This document shows positions 47,801 through 60,165 of a stretch of DNA of 64,000 nt, one piece after another. The translations under genes were made by a program, and so were the position numbers. Positions within the stretch are counted from its first letter, which is position 1. Every line of letters starts with the position of its first letter. The DNA is from Hormiphora californensis (Eukaryota > Animalia > Ctenophora): assembly GCA_020137815.1 (NCBI GenBank), contig CM035361.1, positions 2,294,001 to 2,358,000 of the forward strand, in the 5' to 3' direction. The notes under the pieces were generated by a model. The model made no database searches, had not been told where the DNA came from, and saw nothing but the letters and a program-made list of their open reading frames with translations.

Positions 47801-50800
47801 TTTGAAATCGATATCTCAAAAACTGTGGCTACAATCTAAGTTTGTCCAAATAGCCCCAACCTCGGTCTGATTTACATCGCAGATTTACAGCTGGGGCAAT
47901 GTGGTGTGTCGCGGTCACGTGATTGAATGCGCGCATTGTGATTGGTGTAGAAGCCACTAGTCCAAATTGCCCCGTGTCTCGCGATCAAAAATATTCCGAC
48001 TTACCTTCATTAACAAGGTTAATTAGCTATCTAAAAGTTATGTTTTCGATTCAAATTTGTTCTGAGGCTCAAGATAAAGGTTCAGTTGCACAAATTGAGT
48101 AGCTAACTAATTGATTAAGTAAATTAATGGCTCTTGAAATACCAATTGAATGCCAAAACCGTCCAAATTACCCCGGTCTACCCTATATCATTTTGCATCT
48201 AATGCATTATATAAAGTGTGCGAACAAAACGAATAAAATATATCTTTCTTCCAAACTACACAATCTATTACATTATAATATTTTATAACATTATAATATA
48301 GCATATTATTGAGTGGCTTGGAAACGAGATACATTGAGAGAGAGAGCGACAGAAAACTGCATACCACACATGGCAACACTGATCCTGGCAACTTACTCGA
48401 AGGGAAAGCCAGTAGAATGGACCAGGCCAGCGTTTGTTTGCTGATCTTGGTGCAGTAGTTGATGGTGGTTGAACACTGGCGGATTCCTTTCTACTGCTGA
48501 TACTCTACAGATCAGCAGAGTAATAATATATAGATTATATATTACATTATATCATTGTTGTATTATATATAATATATATATATATATATATATGTATAAT
48601 AAATGTAGACATAATTATATATAAAAATGATAAGGAACAAAAAACATGAAATTAAACTTAACTAGTTTGCATCTTGTTTCAAATTTATCTGTGTTCTTCA
48701 TTTAAAATTTAATGAAAGTTCCCAATTTTGTAAAATGAATGTTTTATGTAATGTTAGCTGTGTAGGGAAAGTAGCAGTGCAGTTTGAATCAGAAGAGGTC
48801 ATGCAAATCAAATTATAATTTTTTAAATCATGATCAAGCAACTAGAGAACAAACGATGACATTTGTGACATATTAGGAACCGACCGAATCAGGAAATACT
48901 GGTCTCTGATTGGCTGATAACCAGTTCTGATTGGTTGTTTACTTGTTTCGGTCGGTTCCTGCATATAACATACTGAGAACAATAACGTATACTATCGAAA
49001 TATGATGGACAAGTTCACCACGAATGAAACATTATACACTGTACAATGTACACTGTACCTAGTTACACACATTACAACTCACACATTACACGTGTATAGC
49101 GCTTACCGGTCCCTTGCCATGTTTCATCTTATGATGTAGTTTCCCCAATCGGGCAAGAATCAGGAGCGTGAAGAATATCATGGCGAATCCTGCGGAGAAG
49201 TGAAAATGTGGGAAATTAGTAACTTTATATATGATGAGGTTTGTTGGAGATATACTAGCTTGAGTTATATCAACCCTAAACAATTCTAGGTTTGTATACT
49301 AATTAATTAGAATCTTGAATCAATTAGAATCTTGAATCTACTTATACCTGGTCCATGAATTGGAAGAATGAAAAGGGCAAAGAATGCTGACGTAGGGAAT
49401 ACCCGGGCACCTTGACGGAGGAACTGGCACATATCTTGCAGTCCATCCTTCAATTGCCACCAGTGAAACCTGAACAAGAATTATGTATTGTGAAAACAAA
49501 AATTCAATTGTTCTAGTTCATACCCACGGTAGACGGTAGCAAGCAAATCATGCATAATTTATGTTCGTTCATATATATATGGTTCATATATATATGGTTA
49601 TATATCATTTTTAACCAATATGAGTGAGCTCTTAGCATGATACAGTCGGGCCCCGATTTACCGGAGCCCCTATTTACCCAGAGGATGAACTTTCCCTGAT
49701 AAAGGAAATTAACGGTATTTAACCCGTATATGGATATACTGGACACCCCGATTTACCGGGAAAATCCTTTTCCCTCGGGCATCTCGGTAAATCGGGGGGG
49801 GGGGGATTAGTATTCTTAGAGTGCTCATGATCAATCACTCACGTGCAATGGTGGACGTCGGGAAAGTAAATGTACTGAGTCCGGAAGTAGTAGGGGAGAA
49901 AGGCCATGAGTATAACAAAGGACCAAACACAACACAGAACCGTTGTTAGAACCTGGAATATGCAGTTAATATATATATATTACAAACTCGCAAACTCTTG
50001 AGAGTTATATACTTATAATAATAATTATAACTCCGTTTGAGAAGTACTATGTATAATTTCGGTTACCTCGATATAGCTATTAAATGATAAATAATGCCAC
50101 CTTCCCTCTTATGAGTATGACAAACTTCGGGGGAGGTATAAAAAGGTATTTATAAATACCTTTCTATACCTCCCCCGAAGTTTGTATGGTATACCATCAA
50201 TGCCAGCAATGCCACCTTCCCTCCCTGAACACTTGCAGCTGTTTCTCGATAGCCATATAATTCCAAATTACCAACATTTAAAAGCCTGTCAGGCTGTCCC
50301 ATATATAAAACACACAGCCTCTAAATGGCTATATTGAGAGGCAGGCAAGTGTGACAGGGACCAGGGGAAGGTGGTATTGATGGTAAATATGTCTTTATTA
50401 AAACTTGGATTTATAAATACAAATGTCAACCCCCCCCCCCCCCCCGATTCCTCGGAATACCTTTTTATACCTCCCCCGAAGTGTGTCATTAGACAAGGGA
50501 AGGTGCCAGGTGGTATGGGTGGTAATTTGGTATTCGAGAATATTCGAAGGGAGCTGAAAGTTGTGTAGCCGCACCCGACTCTAACGACTAGTAGTTAGTC
50601 CGTGCCTTATTTGGACCTTAACCCTTTGACGGCGACAGAGCATATATGCTACAGTCTATTCTAGGCGGCCTGGAAGTCCTTATGTTTTATCTAGGTGGCC
50701 CATATTTTGTCACAAGCTAGTTTTAGGGATTATGAACCTAAAACCACGTCCAGATCAGCTAAGAAAATCAAGAAAAAATTTTTATAGCCCTTCTAAGGAG

Positions 50801-53800
50801 GCTAATTTCGGCCTTTTTTTAAAAACATTTCTCATTTTTTTGTTTTTTGGGGGCACAACTAATCCTTTGAAGGAATAAAAGTGCTCGTCATAACCGACCG
50901 AATGCAAAAAGCCGCATCAAAAAATATTGAAAATTGAATGAGTTATTAACATTTAAGGCGCCGTATCATATATGATACTATCGCCCGTAAGGGAATTCTA
51001 GTAACAAATCTAAATTGTACAAGTTTGTGGGTGCTATGGCATAAATTTATGCTTTCATGTGGTATGTAGCTACAAGTTCTACAATCGTGAACGGTTTTTA
51101 CCAGGAAAAGAACCCAAATTAGAGATTTGTATCATATATGATACTATCGTCCTAAGGGTAAATTCTCCTAAAACATACATAATTCGGGCTAGAAAAGGAG
51201 CTAAGAGACAAATGGGGGCACTAAAATGTGTAGAATCATCGCATTAGTGGGGGTAGAGCACATATTTAGGTCGCTATCTGGATCCCTAATTGAGATAATT
51301 TGATAATTAGCTAATTATCTGTCCCGTGCATGCTAATTATTCATGAAACTTTGCTCTGGGAAGGAGTTATGAGACAAATGGGGGCACTAAAATGTGTAGA
51401 ATCATCAAATTAGTGGGGGTAGAGCACATATTTAGATCGCTATCTGGATCCATAATTGAGCTAATTGGATAATTAGCTAATTAGTTGCCCTGGAGCGCTA
51501 ATAAATGAGACTAGGCGGAGTATACAAGACAAGTGAGGGCACTAAAATGTGTAAAATCATCGCCTTAGCGGGGGTAGAGCACATAGCTGAGTTTCTATTC
51601 CCACTCCTAATTGAGATAATTGGATAATTAGCTAATTGACGGTTGCACACCGTCCACTTTTCACCAAATCCCGTGGTTTCTAGGTAATCCTGAGCTCTTT
51701 TGCTCAATCTAAGGATCTTCTGACAACCCCTAACCCCATTTGTATCACCTATGACTCGTTTTACACAATAGTATAGCACTCGATACAACCCTAGACACTG
51801 CCTTCAGCTCTTTAGAACCCTCTTGCTCCATCCTAGACCTCTCATACATCCAAGATCCAACTACAATCCTATAGAATTTTTATATCCTATTGCTCCTACA
51901 ACACGTTCAACCTCTAATGTACTACAGTTTCCCATATTTATTGTTTGGACACACGGTTATAGGGGATTAGGGATATTAGGGGATGTCAGAAGATCCTTAG
52001 ATTGAACAAAAGAGCTCAAGATTACCTAGAAACCACGGGATTTGGTGAAAAGTGGACGGTGTGCAACCGTCAATTAGCTAATTATCCAATTATCTCATTT
52101 AGGAGTTGGAATAGAAACTCAGCTATGTGCTCTACCTCCACTAAGGCGATGATTTTACACATTTTAGTGCCCCTACTTGTCTTGGATACTCCACAAAGTC
52201 TCATTTATTAGCGCTCCAGGGCAACTAATTAGCTAATTATCCAATTATCTCAATTATGGATCCAGATAGCGACCTAAATATGTGCTCTACCCCCACTAAT
52301 GTAATGATTCTACACATTTTAGTGCCCCCATTTGTCTCATAACTCCTTCCCAGAGCAAAGTTTCATGAATAATTAGCACGCGTGGGACAGATAATTAGCT
52401 AATTATGCAATTATCTCAATTAGGGGTCCAGATAGCGACCTAAATATGTGCTCTACCCCCACTAATGCGATGATTCTACACATTTTAGTGCCCCCATTTG
52501 TCTCTTAGCTCCTTTTCTAGCCCGAATTATGTATGTTTTAGGAGAATTTACCCTTTGGACGATAGTATCATATATGATACAAATCTCTAATTTGGGTTCT
52601 TTTCCTGGTAAAAACCGTTCACGATTGTAGAACTTGTAGCTACAAACCTCATGAAAGCATGAATTTATGCCATAACACCCACAAACTTGTACAATTTAGA
52701 TTTGTTACTAGAATTCCCTTACGGGCGATAGTATCATATATGCTACAGTGGGCCCAGCAAAAACTACATGTCGGAATTACAAATTTCCTTTTCGAGGCGT
52801 TTTGTGCTGATAACATCTACTTATAAACGAAAAATTAGACAATTCTATCGAGCCAATCCTTCTCGCCGTCAAAGGGTTAAACACGGTCTTTTGCACTGCA
52901 TGCGATGCGAGCGTGTAAATTTTGTGAATCCCAACTTACATACCAACATATAATGGACTAGCGCACCCATTGGGTGCGCCTCAAGTAAGGGCTTTTTGAT
53001 AACCCACCCGGCTTCGCCGGGTGGTTCTTTTTGCCCCTTTCACCGTCAATAAAACGGTTGCCATGGCAACTGAATTGGTAACTATGGGGACTGGCATGTT
53101 AAAAGTCATTCGAAAATATTAACAAACTTCCACTGGAAGTTCCAAAAGTGTGAATGACAGCTTTACAGCTTTGGGCACATAAAGTATTTTATGAAGGAGC
53201 ACTGTCGCGTAGAAACGCACTGAACGAACGGCTTCGACGCGACATCTCCAAATTATAATAGAGATGATGTTAGGTATGTAATTGTGGAACCGAAATTTTG
53301 TCTGTATACCTTTTTAGAGTTACTGTTGTTGAAGAGTGTCGGTTTTGATATGGCGATATAACGAAACACACTGAGTACACACATGAGCAAAATACTCGCC
53401 CGGGTCGTCAGGAAATGTATTAAGCCGCAGAAGTTACACAAAACCGTCATAGCCTGAAAGATATGGTAATATGGTATATACAAGTACTGGAGCTTGAACA
53501 AATCGAAAGATCAGATGTTTCCCGATTAGTTAATAGCATTTTACACTTACCATGGGCTCAGGGTCGGGGTACAGTTGACGGAAAAAGTTGGCAGCGTTGA
53601 AGCTAGCACTAAACATGCCGTTCAAAAGGTCGGTCAAAGCGATGTTCGTTACCAGTACCATGGTCATTTGGTGGGTGTAATTTGGGCGTTTCTGGGGGGT
53701 GGAGGGTGTAGTATAGTCATTTGGTGGGTGTAATTTGGGCGTTTCTGGGGGTGGAGGGTGTAGTATAGTCATTTGGTGGGTGTAATTTGGGCGTTTCTGG

Positions 53801-54629
53801 GGGTGGAGGGTGTAGTATAGTCATTTGGTGGGTGTAATTTGGGCGTTTCTGGGGGTGGAGGGTGTAGTATAGTCATTTGGTGGGTGTAATTTGGGCGTTT
53901 CTGGGGGGGTGGAGGGTGTAGTATTATTAATCATTTGGTGGGTGTAATTTGGGCGTTTCTGGGGGTGGAGGGTGTAGTATAGTCATTTGGTGGGTGTAAT
54001 TTGGGCGTTTCTGGGGGTGGAGGGTGTAGTATAGTCATTTGGTGGGTGTAATTTGGGCGTTTCTGGGGGGGTGTAGTATAGTCATTTGGTGGGTGTAATT
54101 TGGGCGTTTCTGGGGGTGGAGGGTGTAGTATAGTCATTTGGTGGGTGTAATTTGGGCGTTTCTGGGGGTGGAGGGTGTAGTATAGTCATTTGGTGGGTGT
54201 AATTTGGGCGTTTCTGGGGGGTGGAGGGTGTAGTATAGTCATTTGGTGGGTGTAATTTGGGCGTTTCTGGGGGTGGAGGGTGTAGTTTATGGGTTTAACA
54301 AATAGTTTGATGCAGTTCTATATATGTATGTATATAGATGAAACAATGTGTTTTAACCTTATTGCTAACGTTCCAATTGAGTTTGACATATATCAATGAA
54401 GCTAAGTTTCCAATTGAAGCTAGAAAGGAAAGAAGCAGACATGCGATACCAAACACCATTTGCAATACTCGGTCATATTGCACCTGCAGAGATATTATAT
54501 ATTAGATAACACATACTAGATATTAGATGATACATATTAGATATTATATAATACGTATTATACATATTAGATATCACTTACACTTACCGAACTACAATTT
54601 GGCAGAGTGACGTTGCGGGAACTGTTCAT
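44894..54629 (-). CDS. Class-A (rhodopsin-like) 7TM GPCR, 12 exons, about 464 aa, intact
   Basis: Exons 54629-54588, 54483-54358 (SIGNL), 53691-53551 (NIALTDL), 53453-53310 (C...SVFRYIAISKP), 49952-49843 (W), 49469-49348, 49189-49107, 48504-48397, 45802-45714 (FVLTYAPW), 45589-45495, 45355-45268 (NAAINPFIY), 45140-44894; all in phase. Confidence 0.92.
46513..48183. mobile_element. pogo/Tc1-mariner-like non-autonomous element (TA TSD)
   Basis: ta|gggtagaccggggtaatttggacgg...ccgtccaaattaccccggtctaccc|ta; internal ggggcaat repeats. Confidence 0.85.
50121..50184. repeat. 64-bp palindrome
   Basis: caaacttcgggggaggtata...tatacctcccccgaagtttg; half-site repeated near 50455-50482. Confidence 0.8.
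50622..52876. mobile_element. piggyBac-like non-autonomous element, copy 2 (no nested insertions), with ~760-bp internal inverted arms
   Basis: TTAA TSD, TIR CCCTTTGACGGCGA; about 50964-51733 is inverted at about 51976-52742. Confidence 0.92.
52957..53245 (-). mobile_element. Helitron-like non-autonomous element (3' hairpin + CTAG)
   Basis: Reverse complement of about 58055-58341. Confidence 0.6.
53663..54286. repeat. ~12 copies of a 52-bp minisatellite spanning the GPCR intron2/exon3 acceptor
   Basis: Minus-strand unit ctacaccctccacccccAG|aaacgcccaaattacacccaccaaatgac. Confidence 0.93.
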
Positions 54630-55404
54630 AACCTGCATTGTGTACCAGCTAGTAAAAACACAATTACAGTCTGTTAGTTGTGAATATATAATATTATAGA
54701 TACAATTAAGAGAACAAATTACTTAAAATCTAGTTGACCATTTGTTATAAAGCTCCCGGCTGTAAAGTAAAATCGTGCGAGCTATTACAGGGGTTGAGTC
54801 AACAATTGACTGCATCTTAAAGGCCGAGCTACTGCTGCTGGGATTCGAGATAATGTAAAACAATATTCTCACGCTGCTTCACGCGGCTTCTCAATTAATC
54901 TCTGACCATCCGTCCCTATTATAGTACTACCTCAATATCATTCTTAATTCCACCCGTTACACGATGTGCTAGGGAGTATATAATTATATATACATACATT
55001 ATAGAAGTGGCGATTCTACTTCAATTCTAGAAGTAGCCCGGCCCAGCTATAATAATGATATGTCTTGCGCTCTATAAGATACAGTCCAAAATTAATTAAC
55101 TGGTATATGGGGGTTAGAAGAGATCGAAGAACTAAATTTAGATATAAGATGCTAATTAGACGAGAAAGTTTCTTAGTTTTTTGGACTTCTAAAAATTTTT
55201 CTAAGAAACTTTCTAAGAAAATTAATCTAAGAAACTTTCTCGTCTAATCTAATACTCTTGTGGTCCCATAGAAAAAAATTCTTATTAAAAAAGGCAGTAA
55301 AAGACGCGGCAGTTTTACATATACCACTGCTGATCTTATTAAACTACTTTTGGAATTGTGATAGAAGTATGAGTGTTGTCCCCCGATGGGATAAGTTATT
55401 AATA

Positions 55405-56440
55405 CTGTGTGTTTTTAAATGACTGAGACTGTTCAAATCGACATAGCGTCAAAAAAAACACGGCAAAGTGGTGTAAGTCGGCCTAATTGGGAGCATTTTT
55501 GCACTCAGGTATCACGTATCACGTGTCTTACTGGGGGTAATCAGCCCTCAGCCGTGTGTTACACCGATTATGTAATTGGTGCTGAGTGTGGTAAAGTGTC
55601 GCGCTTCGTCAGCTGACGTGTTCAATGTTCATAGTGTCCGAAATCGGTCACAAGCTGAAATCCAGACAAACTTTTCTAATTCTCTTCCTTTACATTCTGC
55701 TGTCTCTCTCTTTCTTGTTACAAGGTCACGTGATTAGATGTGGAACATCTCGACATGATAACAACGTCTAGTGTCACCGATTCGCTCTCTCTATCTGCTG
55801 AGTATAACTCTCTCGTCATGACGAAGAAGATGTGACTCTCTTCCTTTCTCTCTATTTCTCTCGCTATCTCTTTCTCTCTCTCCCTCTCTCTCTTGTCATG
55901 ACGAAGCGCCACGCTCTACCACACTCAGCACCACAGCTAGTCACGTGACCCTGTCAACGATTTCAGACACTATGATCACGTCTACTGACGAAGCGCCACA
56001 CTTTACCACACTCAGAACCAATTACAGAATCGGTGTAACACATTGCTTGGGGCTGATTACCCCCAGTAAGACACGTGATACGTGATACCTGAGTGCAAAA
56101 ATGCTCCCAATTAGGCCGACCTACACCACTTTCCCGTGTTCCTGCGAAGGAACTAAAAAAGATATCGCCAAACCAAGCAGCCAAAAGTTAGTAACTTATC
56201 TAATCAACATATTGTGAAAGTTTGAGCTCTCTACCTCATCAGGTTGCAGAGATCTGAGCGCTCAAAGTTAGAGGAGGTTTTTGGGCTACAGGTTCATTCA
56301 GGAACGACCGATTTTACTGAAATTCGAGTACAATAAATGGCAGGTAGCCATCTACCTTGTCCTAAAATTTCAGAGCAAAATATTCACAACTTTTGACGCT
56401 ATGTCGATTTGAACAGTCTCAGTCATTTAAAAACACACAG
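55405..56440. mobile_element. Tc1/mariner-type MITE (TA TSD, ~50-bp TIR, internal inverted block)
   Basis: ta|ctgtgtgtttttaaatgactgagactg...cagtctcagtcatttaaaaacacacag|ta; about 55460-55625 is inverted at about 55975-56140. Confidence 0.85.
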
Positions 56441-58054
56441 TATATTAATGAAAGGGGGTAACGGGAAAGTTACTTTCCTGGGAAAAAAGATTATTTGACG
56501 ATCGTTGCTCGACATATTTCCGTGGGAATACGCACACGCAGTTCAACAAAATTTAGAAAACACACCATAGATATACGACTAAAACAAAAGGCATCTTTGA
56601 AGATACCGTACCCAAAAAAATTTCTGTAAAGTAGGGCTTTTTAGGTCTTTAAAACCAAAACAATGGGGACACACATTCAAAAGTCCTAAAGGCAGTTGAG
56701 AAGCTTTTTGGGGATTAGAAAATACAATGCCCTTTTAACTTGACTCAGCAACCTAAATAGAAAAGGAAGAGAGATAAAAGAGAGGAGAGGATAAAAAAGG
56801 AAGGGAAATGCGAGGGGGAAGAGGGGCAGCGAAAAGAGAGGGGGAAAAGGTTTTTGCCCCCCCTTTTTCCCCGGGTTTTTTTGGGTTTTTTTTTTGGGGG
56901 GGGTTTTTTTTTTTTTTTTCCCCCCCCCCCTCCCTTTTTCCCCGGGGGGGGTTTTTTTTTTTTTTTTTGTTTCGGGGGGTTTTTTGTTTTTGGGGGGTCC
57001 TGCCCCTTGTTGGGGGGGGGGGGTAGAGAAAAAAGGAAAAGAAGAGACGGGAGGCGATACATTAGCAGCAGGGGTCTATGATCTAGTAAGCAGCACGGGC
57101 CAATCTACCACTCACGTGTGCCCACATGTTATGGGTAAAGATAGGGAGAATGTGGACATTCAGTACAACATATATGTGTGCGCTGGGGTTTGTATTTTAG
57201 TACAAGATGTAGCAGTTGATATATGTATATAGAAAGAAAGAAGCTATTTACAAAAGAAAGGAGCTCTTTGTAGTGCGACTAAACTGGAGGGGAGGGGTTT
57301 AGAACAACGACTTTATCTAACGTGATATATATTATAACGCGACGCCATGCATATATATATATTTTCACCCCCCCCCCCCCCTTAACCATTCATGTCATCC
57401 GCCAAGGCCAGGGTAACACATATAACGAATGTACACGGAGACGTGTGACTAGTTGCAGTGTGTGACAATATTGTATAGAAATTGCTAGGCACCTTGTTAA
57501 GTGATGCAACCTAATTAGCACTTTCGACGGCAGCTGTGAGAGAATGAAATTAAAGGTTCAAACTTCGAAAATAGAGATTAAATATAAAGAATGAGATCTT
57601 GTCAGAATCAAACAGGGGAATTGTAAATGTATCATCATGGCAAGGGCCAGGATCGAACTGAAAACGACGGTATAAGATCCTGTATGGCTAACCCTGAAAA
57701 CTGAGGTTTCATTTCACTGTGTAATATCAATTGTGTGTTTGACTGTTATAATGCTATACATATGAGGGCGATGCTCAGCTGTATCAGTTATAAAGACGTC
57801 AAAGTGGTCTCCACCTAGCACGCGTGCAATATAGGTAGTAATCAAGTCAAGAGAGACCCCCAACAACAAATGAGTCCATGGTTGCATGGTTGTTTTGTTT
57901 CACTCACAGCTGATCAGATGATTAACTTGTTTGGTGTTCTGAGGACTCCCTCTCTCTCTCCACCCCCTCCCCCACCTCCATTATTGTATATCTACAACCC
58001 CCCCCCCTCTATTATCATATATCTACCTCTCTATTATAAGTTGGAGATGAACGT

Positions 58055-58341
58055 CGTCGAAGTGGTGGCCGTTCGTTCAGCGGTATCTAAGCGACAGTGC
58101 TCCTTCATAAAACACTTTATGTGACCAAAGCTGTAAAGCTGTCATTCACACTTTTGGGACTTCCAGTGGAAGTTTGTTAATATTTTCGAATGACTCTTAA
58201 CATGCCAGTCCCCATAGTTACCAATTCAGTTACGATGGCAACCGTGTTATTGACGTTGAAAGGGGCGAAAAGAACCACCCGGCGAAGCCGTGTGGGGTTC
58301 CAAAAAGCTTATTTGAGGCGCACCCAATGGGTGCGCTAGTC
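58055..58341 (+). mobile_element. Helitron-like non-autonomous element, second copy
   Basis: Hairpins cggcgaagccg and gcgcaccca-a-tgggtgcgc, terminal CTAG followed by T. Confidence 0.6.
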
Positions 58342-58904
58342 TATATTAAAAAAGGCAGATGCTTGGTGATGGTGATGGTGGCTCAACATTTGCACGTGCA
58401 ACATTTGCACGTGGGAGGGGGATGGGGGACCTCAGGGGTTCGCACGTGCAAATAAAACCCTTCGCCAATCTGCAAAATTCATAGCTCTGTGAAAATAGCT
58501 TGACTTCATCTTTCCAATGAGCCCAAGATTTCCGAAATTGGTTGAGAAATGGCCGAGTTATGACGTAAAACGTCTAAAAATCGTGCAAAAAGGTGATTTT
58601 CACTGTTCTTGATAACTTTTGCAGTTTTGTAGTCGACGGGGCCGGGGCTCTACTCGCAGGGTTCTCTAGTATAGTAAATGATGAGATGAGCAGGATATGT
58701 GGGAGGTTGGTTCTCTTCGTGGGGTGATGCGTTTCTTAAATAGTTTCTCTTTAAACTGCCCGTTTATAATGCTAAAGGAGTAGCTGAGTATATATATACA
58801 TACATAATGTCGCTTTCAGAATATATTAATCCTTACTCAATTTTCCCTCAATTCTACGTAACTTCCTCCCCTCGATCGCCCCCCCCCCCCCCATGTTACA
58901 AAGA

Positions 58905-59875
58905 AAGTTAGAACAGTAACTTCCTTCCCTCGATTCCCCCTGTTGTAAAGTTAGAATAGTTACTGTTGTTAAGAAGGTCAGTAACTTCCTTCCCTTGATT
59001 CCCCCTGTTGTAAAGTTAGAATAGTTACTGTTGTTAAGAAGGTCAGTAACTTCCTTCCCTTGATCCCCCCTGTTGTAAAGTTAGAATAGTTACTGTTGTT
59101 AAGAAGGTCAGTAACTTCCTTCCCTTGATCCCCCCTGTTGTAAAGTTAGAATAGTTACTGTTGTTAACAAGGTCAGTAACTTCCTTCCCTCGATCCCCCC
59201 TGTTGTAAAGTTAGAATAGTTACTGTTGTTAAGAAGGTCAGAACAGTAACTTCCTCCCCTCGATCCCCCCTGTTGTAAAGTTAGAATAGTAACTGTTGTT
59301 AAGAAGGTCAGAACAGTAACTTCCTTCCCTTGACCCCCCCTGTTGTAAAGTTAGAATAGTTACTGTTGTTAAGAAGGTCAGTAACTTCCTTCCCTTGATC
59401 CCCCCTGTTGTAAAGTTAGAATAGTTACTGTTGTTAAGAAGGTCAGAACAGTAACTTCCTTCCCTTGATCCCCCCTGTTGTAAAGTTAGAATAGTTACTG
59501 TTGTTAAGAAGGTCAGAACAGTAACTTCCTCCCCTCGATCCCCCCTGTTGTAAAGTTAGAATAGTAACTGTTGTTAAGAAGGTAGAACAGCACTTCCGTC
59601 CCTTGACCCCCCTGTTGTAACGTTTAGAATCGTAACTGTTGTTAAGAAGATTAAACACGTAAACTTCCTCCTTCCCTTGACGCCCCCTGTTGTAAAATTG
59701 AATAGTTACTGTAAAGTTTAATATTTACTAGTTGTAAGTTAGAATATTTACTGTTGTTAAGAAGGTCAGAACAGTAACTTCTTCCTTCCCTTGGACCCCC
59801 CCCCTGTTTTAAAGTTAGAATAGTAACTGTTGTTAAGAAGGTCAGAACAGTAACTTCCTTCCCTTGACCCCCCCC
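58905..59875. repeat. ~65-70-bp minisatellite
   Basis: cagtaacttccttcccttgatccccc...tgttgtaaagttagaatagttactgttgttaagaaggt repeated about 14 times. Confidence 0.93.
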
Positions 59876-60165
59876 CTAGTTTTGTAAACTTGTAGTTACC
59901 TAAAAATAAGGTGCAGCCTAAAATTAAGTAATAATAATACTTAGTATGATCATACTATACTAATACAGCTGTATTATTTCGTTGTAATTTTAGTCCGTAT
60001 CACAATATCATCGATAATGTTGTGATAAAATAATAAAATCATTTTGTCATCCAACGCGACCGTTAAGATGGTGCGCGAGATTGTAGGATTTTATTATGCC
60101 TATAAGTTGTACCTGAAAACTTATAACACGAGACCGAAGGTCGAGTGTTATAAGTGCAACAATAA

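Noticed and set aside
56745-57232. Lys/Pro/Gly/Phe-rich ORFs
   Set aside because: Homopolymer-run, low-quality sequence
58905-59875. Possible CRISPR array
   Set aside because: Contiguous tandem units without spacers
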